Of a stretch of 64,000 nucleotides of DNA, positions 9,823-21,175 are shown one piece after another. The notes beneath the pieces are model-generated. The model was given only the letters and a program-made list of their open reading frames with translations. It was not told the DNA's origin and ran no database searches. The DNA lies in assembly GCF_006345805.1 (NCBI RefSeq), contig NC_043016.1:30194001-30258000 (forward strand), read 5' to 3'. Position numbers and translations under genes: made by a program. Positions within the stretch are counted from its first letter, which is position 1. Each line of letters begins with the position of its first letter. Source of the stretch: Octopus sinensis. Lineage: Eukaryota.

Positions 9823-10985
9823 AGCTATTAATATTAATACAAAAATATGCAAATTATGCAGTTAGTACATAAATATATGCCACCCCTCTCCTAATTCCAG
9901 GCAAGGATGTATTTTTCCTGAATCCTTTCATACAACAAGCAGCTTAAAGGCCAGACATGTTTTTGTAGAACGTTGTATGAACAGTGACTTAGTTTTTTTT
10001 TTATAACCAATATACAAATGTCAAGAAAAGAAGAAGACACTAACACGTTTCCTCTCTCTCACACACGCACCTATACATATACCATAAACATCTCACACAC
10101 ACACAACACTCATTATAATTACATACCATACATAAATATATGCAATACATATGTATGTGTATAGGCATACATTATATATACATATATATATATACATATA
10201 CACACACACACAAGCATACACACAAACACACACACACATACACACACACACACACACACACATACATATATATATGTATATGTATATATATATGTATATA
10301 TATGTGTGTGTAGGGAGAATTCACAAAAAAACAAAAGACAGGTGGTGTAGACAACAAACAGATGTATTAGTATAACAGTCAGGAAGTGAAAAAGTCTTTA
10401 ACATTTCGAGCCTATGCTCTTCCACAGAAAGGAACACAGAAAGAAACAAAGAGAGAAAATAAAGAATGTGTAGTGGCTGGCAATCTATCGTAGTGAATGA
10501 AGGTAATGTTTATTTCTCACTTAAAGTGTATGTAGTGTTAAAACACAGAATACTGCACTGTTTACCATGTAAAAAACCAGTGTAATCCATATAGTCTATA
10601 AATTTCACTGTCCAATTTGTAACTTCTAAAGTTTTGTAGAATCTTAGGCAATCAAATATTGCTCTATTAATATGCATGATGACTACATCACAGAGTTATG
10701 TAATACCAAGGTATCCGAAATGGGCATAAGCTGATTTAAAATGCATCATTTTTTATTCTTTTGTGTTTATACAAGTGAAAGAGAGAGAGAGAGGGGAGAG
10801 AGTGAGAGAGTGAGAAAGAGAGAGAGAAGGGTGGGGAGAGATATACATACATGTATAAAGATTTTTTATTATGGAAATATATATTACAACCCATGCTAAC
10901 AGTTCAACCTATGCCAATATGGAAAACATATTAAATGAGGATGATGATGATGATGATGAGGATGATGATAATGAAGCACTCATAC

Positions 10986-11159
10986 CTGTTTGAGCTCAAT
11001 CATGTCCTCTCTGGTGAGGACAATATGAGAACGTGTTATCATTTTTATGTAGACAAGATTGAACTGGTACTGTCCAATATTGGAACTGTTCATAACTTGT
11101 TGAATGTTACTAGATACACTAGAACCAACACTATCACTGCCCATGGTTTTTGAACTAGT
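10986..11159 (-). CDS. Receptor guanylyl cyclase exon, start of kinase-homology domain
   Basis: Acceptor ttttctatctgctttcag and donor CAG|gtatga; 174 nt, phase 0-0. Translates TSSKTMGSDSVGSSVSSNIQQVMNSSNIGQYQFNLVYIKMITRSHIVLTREDMIELKQ, which matches the NPR motif 'Y.GNLVA.K....I.LTR..L.ELK'. Confidence 0.85.
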
Positions 11160-11536
11160 CTGAAAGCAGATAGAAAAAAAAATTCTTCAGTGGCCAGACT
11201 CATACTAGCCATTCAAAAAAACAGAGAATCTGTTAACTTGAATTAATCATTTATCATTTGGAGTCAAAATTTTCGACACACTGTCTGCAACCTGGTCACA
11301 GGTACAGTTTTTCTACAGCTGTGTCAGCGACCAGGTTATAGATTGTGTGATGAAAATTGAGTTACTTTCAACATACAGTTTCAGATCAGGCAATTATACA
11401 TTTCAAGAACTGGTATAAGAAAATTTGCAACAAATTCAAAAGCGGCAGGGAATATTAAAACAGGATCCATGCATGCAAAAATCAACAGACAATAGTAATA
11501 AAGAATGCAAAATTACAATCAAGAAATTTAATTCAC

Positions 11537-11644
11537 ATGTCTCTTCTTCTTCAGATGACCACAACCGAAATATGTTTCACCATATTGTACCAGGAATTTC
11601 TGAACCTTCCATAACTTTGGTAGATCCTCAATTTCCTGTTGTGT
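11537..11644 (-). CDS. Probable juxtamembrane exon of the receptor guanylyl cyclase
   Basis: 108 nt, phase 0-0, TQQEIEDLPKLWKVQKFLVQYGETYFGCGHLKKKRH. It resembles the post-TM 'E.EL...LW(R/K)V' segment of NPR-type cyclases and joins in frame to the next exon. Splice sites are weak (acceptor catacatacag has no pyrimidine tract; donor gtgaat). Confidence 0.5.
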
Positions 11645-11676
11645 CTGTATGTATGTATGTTTTTTACTTTGAGTTT

Positions 11677-11935
11677 TATTTAAGAGAGTTCAAGCCAGAC
11701 ACTAACAAAACAATATCAGGTCTTACAGTTCTATATTTAAGAGATGAGGAATTATGTACATTATTTACATTCGACAGATATTTGTCCTCATCTTGTTTGT
11801 TGTTAACACAACGCTTCGGCTGATAAAACCTCCAGCCTTCTTCAGGTTATATCAGCCAAAATGTTGTGTCAACAACAAACAAGATGAGGACAAATATCCG
11901 TCAAATGTAAATAATGTAAATAATGTAAATAATGA
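11677..11935. mobile_element. PLE-type terminal repeat in fold-back arrangement (minus copy followed by inverted partial copy)
   Basis: 11755-11830 and 11845-11920 are inverted copies. The minus strand reads CUGAAGA-A-GGCUG..CAGCC-GAAG-C-GUU. Confidence 0.65.
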
Positions 11936-11944
11936 ATATTAGGT

Positions 11945-14470
11945 CTGTTATATCAAAACCAAATTGCTACTTTTATTGGAGCATACTTTGTTTTTAAAGG
12001 TGTCGATACATGCTGCTGGTTCTGACATGCCTTTGATGTACACATCAGGGCAGTCCTTCCTGCAGATAGCATTGTAAATAGTCTTCACAAATATATCATG
12101 CCTCAAGAACAGGTAGTATCTCATAGACATTTCAGGGAAGCTGCTGATAATGTCGGTGATATCTTCCACAATAGCAGCAGCGCCAACATTTTCTATCACA
12201 ACATGGAAGTTGGGTGGTATCAATGTTTCTTGTTTATCAGGTATTTAGTAGCTGTCTCCTGTTCCCGGATAGTGATGGTATATTCTTCTACGTGAGATGT
12301 AATGTATTTATCACAGATCCAGGAGAGGTTATTCTTGTCAATGTAGTTGTTGCCTTCTAGCTTATGGTATATGTACACATGCATTGTTTTCACTAGTATA
12401 ATGCCAAGCTCCTGTTTAGGTAGGCCAGTCTAGCCTCCTTTCAGTTACTTGTGGCAGTTGTATTCTCAGAGTATCAGCACAGTAGTTCTTCTCCAACTCT
12501 GAAGATGTTGCTCTCACTTTGAGTATACATGGAATGTACTACTCATTTCATTCTTTACTGCTCAGTGGGTGTTGTCTATGTGATACAATGTAGTATTCAA
12601 AGGCTGTTTGGACTGACCTTATTCCTTTACTGCTATCAGTGTCACCGTTAAGGTGTAAGTTTCCAGTGGTGGCCAATACCTTTCTGTTTTTATGTCCAGA
12701 CTGCATATCCCATCAAGTGTCCAGTTCAATACTTCAAATGTTGGAACTAGCACTGGTACTGCAAAAGAATTATGAAATATGGTCTTGCGATATGCAGACA
12801 CCTCTGTGCTCCGTATTTTTCAGAGTCTACAAAAGCAATCTTTTAATACTGGCCTTAGTCACAGCGTCAATGTATGCAGCATTCTTATTGATTCCAAAAT
12901 ACATATAGTTTTCATCAGTAGAGATAGGGGAGATAGACAAGCTATTGATGTACATGTTCTCTGTCTGGTCAAAACTTTTCCTTAAGTTAACTATCATGTA
13001 TTAGTATATATCTTGTTCAAGGTGGCAAGCTGGCAAAAACATTAGCACACTAGGCAAAATGCTTAGTGGTATTTCATAAGTCTTTACATTCTGAGTTTGA
13101 ATTCCGTTGAGATCGACTTTGCCCTTCATCCTTTTGGGGTCGATAAATTAAGTACCAGTTGTGTACCAGAGCTGATCTAATCGACTGGCCCCTTCCCCCA
13201 AAATTTCGGAGCTTGTGTCTAGAGTATAAAAGTATTTATCTTGTTCAAACTCCCTTCTTATATCTTACAAGAATGTTGGGATTAGTTCTCATTGTCTCTT
13301 GATGTTATTCATGTTATCATAATATTACTTTTAAGTCATCGACAAAAAATATGAGGGTGAAGTTAATTTCATTCTTTTCTGCAAATCCCAGTATGTGTGT
13401 ATGTATATCTTTAGCTGGGTTAAAAAGTCACATTCGATCACAGCACCAGTAACAGTTAAGCTTCGTGCAATGGCCATACTCGATAACGAGGGGGCAGCCA
13501 TAATGTATGTATGTATGTATGTATGTATGTATGTATGTATGTATGTGTGTATGTGTGTATGTGTGTGTGCATGTGTGTATGTGTGTATGTATGTGTGTGT
13601 ATGTATGTATGTATGTGCGTGTGCATGTGTGTATGTGTGTATGTATGAATGTATGTATGTGTGTATGTGTGTGTGTATGTGTGTGTATGTGTGTATGTAT
13701 GTATGTGTGTGTGCATGTGTGTATGTGTGCTTGTATGTATGTATGTATGTATGTATGTGTGTATGTATGTATGTGTGTATGTATGTGTGTGCATGTGTGT
13801 ATGTGTGCTTGTATGTATGTATGTGTGTATGTATGTATGTGCGTATGTGTGTATGTATGCATGTATGTATGTATATATGTATGTATGTATGTGTGTATGT
13901 ATGTATGTATGTATGTATGTATGTATGTGTGTATGTGTGTGCATGTATGTATGTATGTATGTATGTATGTATATGTGTATGACCAGAAACATGAAGTCCT
14001 TCACCACACAGCTTCAAAAATCTCTGCACCACTCTTAACTTTGTTACATCCTCAATGTGTTTTCTACGAATGACATCAATATACTTGGTGACTTTCATCC
14101 TCTATTAGAGTGAAGAATTCTCCAAAATATAACCTAAGATATTGCTTGGTGTTCAGCATAGTAACTGTGACTAATACAACCCACCTTGTCAGGGGCACAA
14201 TTGTAGAGATGGGTGGAATGTATCCATAAATAACCTCTTTGGTCTTGGGCTCATGCTATGGAATGTTTTAATTCCCTCATAAGTAGCTTTATGTTTGTAC
14301 CATCAGAACAATCTTGAAGTGCCTTACTTCATAGCCCAGTTCTAGGGAGAACTCTCTTTTGATATGCCGTGAAAATGGTGTTATCTTTAAGATACTTAAT
14401 CAGTTGGAATATCTTGAATTCTAACATTAAATGCTACAATTCTCACATTTCTATGGGTTGAATATTATCT
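11945..14470 (-). mobile_element. Old R4/Dong-like LINE remnant interrupted by a SINE and a microsatellite
   Basis: Fragments HNSFAVPVLVPTFEVLNWT..LDIKT, GIRSVQTA, DIISSFP..YLFLRHD and YNRPNI, with many stops. Confidence 0.6.
13503..13980. repeat. (TATG)n/(TG)n array with higher-order units
   Basis: Direct inspection; source of several spurious HTYI/MYVC ORFs. Confidence 0.92.
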
Positions 14471-14940
14471 TTTAGCTTTTGCTTGTTTCAGTCATTAGAC
14501 TGTGGACATACTGGAGTACTGTGTTCAGGAATTTTTAGCTGAATGACAAAACTACTGTACTTTTTTCTTTAAGCCCAATACATACGTTATTGGTCTCTTT
14601 TCCCAAACTGGTAAGTTATATGGATGTAAACACACCAACACTGGTTGTCAAGTGGTAAGGGGAGAGGGACAAACACAGACACAAAGACAACACAGACATA
14701 TACAATATATATATATATATATATATACGATGGGCTTCTTTCAGTTTCCATCTACCAAATCCACTCACAAGGCTTTGGTTGGCCTGAAGCTAAAGTAGAA
14801 TCACACTTTCCCAAGATCTCATGCAGTGGAGCTGAACCAGAATCATGTGGTTAGGAAGCAATCTTCTTACCACATATTAACCCCAGTACATAACTGGTAT
14901 TTCATTTTATCTTCTGGTAGAAGAATGACAAATTTATCTA

Positions 14941-16462
14941 TTGGGTTGGCAACTAAGTTCCCACCATTTAAAAAAATTTTGGAATTTATTTTTTCGAGAA
15001 TTCTATTTTTGAATCATTTTGGAATCTATTTTGTTTTTTCTAATTAATTTTAGTTAATTTTTGTTTATTTTCAGATCATTAAAATGGAATGTCAAGTTAA
15101 GGAAAACGAGCATTTTCGACACCTTCTTTTTGCTTTTAATCAAGGTTCTAAGGCCGCAAAAGCTGCTCGCAACATTTGTGCTGTGTATGGAGAGGATGCC
15201 ATAGCTGAAAGAACCACTTGAGATTGGTGTGCCAAGTTCAAAAATGTAAATTTTGACCTTAAAGACGCACCGTGTTCTGGCAGTCCATTTGAGTTTCTCG
15301 ACTGGCTTCCGTGAAGGTGGCACGTAAAATGCACCAATCCGACCGTGGCCGATGCCAGCCTCGCCTGGCACCAGTGCAGGTGGCACGTAAAAAGCACCCA
15401 CTACACTCACGGAGTGGTTGGCGTTAGGAAGGGCATCCAGCTGTAGAAACATTGCCAGATAAGACCGGAGCCTGGTGCAGCCTTCTGGCTTCCCAGATCC
15501 CCGGTCGAACCGTCCAACCCATGCTAGCATGGAGAACGGACGTTAAATGATGATGATGATGATGATGAAGAGCAATTAAATCAACTTTTGCATGAAAATT
15601 CTCATCAAACAACAAGAGAACTGGTAGAGAAAATGGAATATTGCTACACTGCAATAGAGAAGCATCTTCACTCGATGGGAAAAGTTCAGAAGTATGGAGC
15701 GTGGGTTCCGCATGCTTTAAGTGACAACAGCAAAAATCAACAAGCCACAATCTCCGCTGGTTTACTTGCTCGTCACGCTCAACTCATGGTCACAAGTAAC
15801 AATTTCTTTACCGAATCGTTACTGGTGATGAAAAATGGTGCCTGTACATCAATATGAAGCAGTGAAAGGAATGACTTAGCCCCTGTAAACAAGTGACACT
15901 GCACATAAAACAAAATCTTCATATGTTGTGCATATGATGGGACTGGGAAGGGATTATCCATTAAGAATTGCTTGAATGGAACCATATGGTCAACGCGGAA
16001 CTTTGTGTTCAACAGATGGAACGACTCAACACGGCTATTCAAGAGAATAGACCTAATCGGCAGCATGGAGTTCTTTTGCTGCACAACAATGCCAACACTC
16101 ATATCACCAATATGACCAAGGAAGCCATTCAAATGCATGGCTGGGAAGTGCTGGCACACATGCCGTACTCTCCTGATTTGGCACCAACGGATTTCCACCT
16201 CTTTTGATCTCTTTCAAATGCTATGTGTGGAGTTTTGTTCAATATTGATGCAGAATTGAGAGCTTGTTTGGATCAATTTTTCGAGTTGAAATCGTGTGAT
16301 TTCTACCAACAAGGTATTGAAAATCTTGTGGAATGTTGGGAAGAAGTTGTAAACAACAAGGGTGAATACATTATTGATTAATTAGTTGTTATTTTTTTAT
16401 TAAACCTTTTAAAAAATTTAAATTTAAAAAAAAAAACGGCGGGAACTTAGTTGCCAACCCAA
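14941..16462 (+). mobile_element. Full-length but inactivated mariner transposon with nested RTE-tail insertion
   Basis: TIRs ttgggttggcaactaagttccc at both ends with TA on both flanks. Transposase motifs EHFRH, WVPHAL, IVTGDEKW, HNNA (decayed HDNA) and YSPDLAPTDFHLF. Stops and frameshifts present. Confidence 0.95.
15300..15563 (+). mobile_element. RTE 3'-tail element (subfamily B) nested in the mariner ORF
   Basis: Splits GAGTTT|GATGAA; same 5' start (gactggcttccgtg) as the 7233 copy. Confidence 0.88.
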
Positions 16463-17167
16463 TAAGTGGGATTTGAAATCAGAACATAGAATAGCATAAT
16501 TCAATGCCACAGTATATTTTATCCAAAACTCTATTAGTTCTGCGACAACAAAAAAAGAAAGAAAAAAGAAAAAAAAAAGAAAATTGAAACAGCCTTTTGA
16601 CATTCTGAAAGGATTTGTTATGAATAAGGTGGTATTTTATGAGCTCTGCTGATCAGATATAAAAGGTAAAGAATATTGTAGAATTAAAGCAGCTTAAATA
16701 AATGATTAATGAAAACATAAGCAATGACATTTCAAACAATAAGACATTCTTATATAAATGAATAAATGCATCAAACTGTGAGGGCAGGGGTAAAATAAAG
16801 AGCCTTTCAGACAGGATTTTAGACATAATGGAATCAATCATTGTGAAAAATTTGGAATCAAGGACAAATATACAACTGAAAAATGTACAGCTAAGAAAAG
16901 ACTTTTTGAGACATAATAATAATATTTATATCATTACATAATGAAATAAAGTTAAAGAGAAATATAACTTTCTCTGTATGTATGTGTGTGTGCGTGTGTG
17001 TGTGTGTGTGTTTGGACATGTGTGTTTGGACATGTGTGTTTCTGCGACTCCAATGAGTTGTTTTATTCTCAGATTAAATTACTAAAACATTAATACCTAA
17101 TGCAGGCCCATAAATGATTTTAACAATGCACATTCATATGCACACACTCTCTCTTTCTCTCTTTCAC

Positions 17168-18004
17168 ACAGAACAGAAGGGTTTATCATAGCAGCTCAAG
17201 ATCAATGCCTACCAACAAGAAACTACCAGGCCAACATATTGAAGAATGGCAGTAGCCCAACATGTCGTGTATGCCGACAACAAAATGAAACCTGAGCATG
17301 TTGTCTCCAAATGCAGTCTTCTAGCACCTACAGAGTACCTCAACAGGCATGATAGAGCTGCACAATATATTCACTGGGTAATTTGCAAAAACCTGGATTT
17401 GCCCCATGAAAAAAACTGGGGGGGAACACAATCCACCTCCAGTACTTGAAAATGACCACATCTCACTCCTCTGGAACTTCACCATTCAAACTGACAGAAG
17501 ATAGATGCAAATAGGCCAGACATCATATTGAAAGACTTCAGACAAAGAACATGCCTCCTCATTGATATGACTGTCCCAATCGATATAAACGTATCTGTCA
17601 AGACCTACCAAAAACTGAGCAAATATAAAGATCTTGAAATAGAAATCAGCAAAATGTGGAAGCTGAAGACTAAAACAATACCGTTGTCATAGGTGCCCTG
17701 GGAATGATAGCGAAAGGGGCTGATTGTTGCTACCAACTCAGATACCAGGAAACCCCAAAATGGCAGAAATTCAAAAGATAGTGCTCATGGGAACTGCTCA
17801 TATCCTACGCAAAATACTCTCTATGTAATCCCAAAGTTTAAAACAAACTTTTTTTTTTAAATCTATGTATTAGACCAAAAAAAACCCCCAAATATATGGC
17901 ACACTAGGCATAACAACAACGTGAACTTCCAACCTGTGTCTCTTGAGGTCTCTGGGTGAGACTTGGAGCCAACTTGTACAGACATAAAGCAAAAGTCAAA
18001 CATA

Positions 18005-18063
<59 letters not shown>
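17168..18063 (+). mobile_element. 5'-truncated R4/Dong-like non-LTR element (CCHC plus restriction-like endonuclease) with (TAA)n tail
   Basis: Across frameshifts: EGFIIAAQDQ, CRVC..EHVVSKC, YLNRHD, NRPDII, LIDMTVP, KYKDLEIEI, VIGALG. Followed by a 3' UTR and about 18 TAA units. Confidence 0.85.
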
Positions 18064-18068
<5 letters not shown>

Positions 18069-18210
18069 ACATCGAAAAATACCTTAGGAATGAGAACCCA
18101 GTTTTGAAATTTCCCCACGATACCTGATGAAGGCTGGAGGGTGTATCAGCGAAACGTGTTAACAACAAACAGGATGAGGACAAATATCTATCAAATGTAA
18201 ATAATGTACT
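18064..18210 (+). mobile_element. PLE-type terminal repeat with degenerate minimal hammerhead motif
   Basis: CTGATGA at 18124-18130, GCTG/CAGC stem and GAAAC at 18151-18155. Same family as 7671-7830 and 11677-11935. Confidence 0.6.
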
Positions 18211-18299
18211 ATATATTATTATATATATATATATATATATAATATATATATATATATAATAGATGAGTGTATTTTTACTTGTTAACAATTAACATGGAA

Positions 18300-18545
18300 A
18301 AAAATAAATAGTTACCAGGGCAGTAAAAATCTCATAAGTAAAGGTGTTGTAACTCCTTGTTTATAAAGGTAGAAACTTCGTGTTTACGTTGAATATTTTG
18401 AATAATATGAATAAAAAATGGAGTTAACGCAGGGGTAATCAAATATTTTTACTTTCGACCCATGTTTCGAAAATTCTACTGATACTATTCAAAAGAATAA
18501 ATGGTATAAACAATGCAATCTTCTCCTCGGGAAAGTGAAAAAATC
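18300..18545 (-). mobile_element. Putative inverted pseudo-LTR at the 5' end of the Penelope-like element
   Basis: Abuts the truncation point of the PLE ORF and carries a hammerhead motif on the opposite strand. An inverted 5' pLTR is an established PLE insertion structure. The left boundary is approximate. Confidence 0.55.
18451..18536 (-). ncRNA. Type I hammerhead ribozyme motif with one core change (U4C)
   Basis: ACUUUC-CCGAGGA-GAAGAUU[41 nt]AAUUUUC-GAAAC-AUGG-GUC/GAAAGU: 6-bp stem I, 7-bp stem II, 2-bp stem III, GUC cleavage triplet. Confidence 0.7.
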
Positions 18546-19735
18546 TTAAGTACATTAGCAAATTTAGTAATCATCCTGGAGCAATTACTAAGAACTTAGT
18601 TAAGAATATTTCATTTAGGTTATCTAAATTATCTGCTAATGTTGATATTTTCAATAATAACGCTGAATTCTATAACTTTGCCTTAATCAAAGCAGGTTAT
18701 ACAGAGAAAATTTTCTACATAGATTCTGCTCAGTCTAATTGTAAATTCAATAATGTAGATAAGATTTCTAGTCGTAAAAGAAGTATTGATAACAAACATA
18801 ACTTATGCACCGATACAAAGCAAATGAAGGCAGATAACCCTTATTTAATCCCCTATTATCGATCTAAAAGTAAATATAATACCTTCAAAAGTAATTACGC
18901 TATGAATACTAGTAAAAATATTTGGTTAATAATTCCTTACGGGAGACAAATTAAATCTTATCTCCCACTGCTGTTTCATCAAGCTATTGCTAGGAATTTT
19001 CCAAACAATTCTAGATATTACTCTATAATCAATTCACATAAGGTTAGGATAGGTTTTTCAAACACAAAAAATCTCTTGCAAATTATCTCTTCTCATAATA
19101 ACAAACTGTTAAATATTAATACATTTACTAATACTACCACTAATTTAGCTAATACCATCCAACCCTCTAGAAATATTAATAACAAGGTTATTGTATCTGA
19201 AGTCAATTCCAATAGAATTAAGTTTATGTCAAGTAACTCTAAGATTAAAAATTCTATATAACAGTGTATAATCAGTACTCGTAATAAAGTACGATTTTAC
19301 ATTGGAGACATTGTTTAGAGTTATCTAAAAGAATTTCTATCCATTACTCAACATTTAGGGATAAAATAAACGGAATAGTACCGGTCTCAGCAAACTGATT
19401 TGAGATTAAAAGACCACAATGAACAATTTCATTTAGAATGGTTGATTCTCTCAATTTCGATACCATTGACAAAGGCAAGAAATTCTGTCTTCTCTGCAAT
19501 TCTGAGCTATTTTTCATTATTTTTTCTAAAAATACTCTAGTAACACGGGTATAAGAGTGAGCATATAGATGTAAGCACTGGCAAAACATTACATTTAGTG
19601 CATATAAGTAGTCTCTATCAGTATATATAATTTAACTTTAATTTCCTTATATTTAGCATTCACTATTAATATCCCTACTCTTTCTGTTAGCTACTTATGA
19701 CGTTATATCATATAACGTTTTTTAAACAATATTAA
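18546..19735 (+). mobile_element. Penelope-like retroelement, 5'-truncated (RT C-terminus, linker, C-terminal GIY-YIG), running into the gap
   Basis: YISKFSNHPGAITK..ISFRLSKLS..ALIKAGY; KNIWLIIPY...NFPNNSRYYSIINSHKVRIGFSNTKNLLQIISSHNNKLL; SI*QC...FYIG; CLLCNSELFFII...CKH. These match typical PLE motifs. Confidence 0.85.
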
Positions 19736-19835
19736 NNNNNNNNNNNNNNNNNNNNNNNNNNNNNNNNNNNNNNNNNNNNNNNNNNNNNNNNNNNNNNNNN
19801 NNNNNNNNNNNNNNNNNNNNNNNNNNNNNNNNNNN
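19736..19835. other. Assembly gap (exactly 100 N, true size unknown)
   Basis: Run of 100 n in the sequence. Confidence 0.99.
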
Positions 19836-20159
19836 AAAAAAAGAGTAAAAAGCTTTTAATTACAGATAACCTTTTAGTGCTTTATGGTATCACTCAGACA
19901 GCATCATCTAAACGAGGAACCAAAGATACATCAACCAAGTGTTCAAAAAGTGAATGGAATAACATCCTGTAGGTCTGTGGAGATCTCTTCAAGAAGTAGA
20001 GTACTCATTTTGCGATGACCTATGAGAACTGAAATATGCAAGACCAACGTGTCTCAGCAAAGATCGGGAAGAGAAACATTCTATACATCAATAAAGAATG
20101 TAGAAAAGAAAATTATTATGCATAGGTATGTCTCCTGTAAACTTGATGATGCGAAGGAT

Positions 20160-20860
20160 ATTATTCCTTTCTGCTATAGGCTAAAGGCCTGAAATTTTGG
20201 AGGAGGGGCTAGTCAATTACTTTGACCCCAGTGTTCAACTGGTACTTAATTCATCAACCCCCAAAAAGGATGAAAGACAAAGTCGACCTCGGCAGAATTT
20301 GAACTCAGAACATGAAGATGGATGGATGAAATGCTGTTAAGCATTTTGTCTAGTGTGTTAACACCTGTGCCAGCATGCTTGCTGCCTTATGATAATGATA
20401 TCATTGGTTTCAAATTACAGCAGAAGATCAACAAGTTTGAGAGATGGGGTAAGTCATTTACATCGACTCAAGTGCTCAACTGGTACTTATTTCATTAACC
20501 CTGAAGGGATGAAAGGCAACATCAACTTCTGCAGAACATGAACTCACAGCATGAAGACAGACAAATTGCCACTAAGCAATTTACCTGGTGTGCCTATGAT
20601 TCTGCTAGCTCACCACCTTCATGGCAATATAATACTGATTTCAATTTTGGTACAATGCTATCAATTCTGGGGAAGGGTATAAGTCAATAACGTTGACCCT
20701 CGTGCTCAACTGGTACTTATTTTATCCAACCTGAAAGGGGTCAATAAAGTCATGCTTATGATTCTGCCAGTTTAACACTTTATAACAATGATAATATTAG
20801 TTTCAAATTTTGGCATGAGGCCAGCAATTTTAGTGGACAAGGTAAGCTGACTACATTGAC
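20160..20860 (-). mobile_element. Cluster of tandem SINE family 2 copies (alternative tail)
   Basis: Several consecutive reverse copies of the head/core. Further copies lie near 1165-1335, 13020-13235, 25960-26340, 42617-42830, 46985-47400, 49180-49340, 52760-53200, 54950-55440 and 56590-57125. Boundaries approximate. Confidence 0.75.
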
Positions 20861-20883
20861 CCCCAAAGAAATTTAATAAAATA

Positions 20884-21175
20884 ATTGCAGTGTGGAAGGT
20901 GTTTATAAGCCATTTAAGAAACACACAAAAACTGTTAGATTCGCTTCAACATTTAAATTTAATTTGTCAAAATATTTTCGTCGCTTTGAGACCGTGACCT
21001 GTTCACTGACAAAATTCCATGCTGCATGGAGATGAACAGGTCGAAGTCTCAAAGCGACAAAAATATTTTGACAAATTAAATTTAAATGTTGAAGTAAATC
21101 TAACGGTTTTTGTGTGTTTCTTTTCGTTCCAGCACATGATCTCAGATCAGGTCACTTGCTATGCAAGTACATCTC
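20884..21175. mobile_element. Foldback repeat, same family as 9505-9822
   Basis: Same arms (aagaaacacacaaaaa..ttcaacatttaaatttaatttg). The gagatgtac..ctgagatc flank is on the opposite side. Confidence 0.8.
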
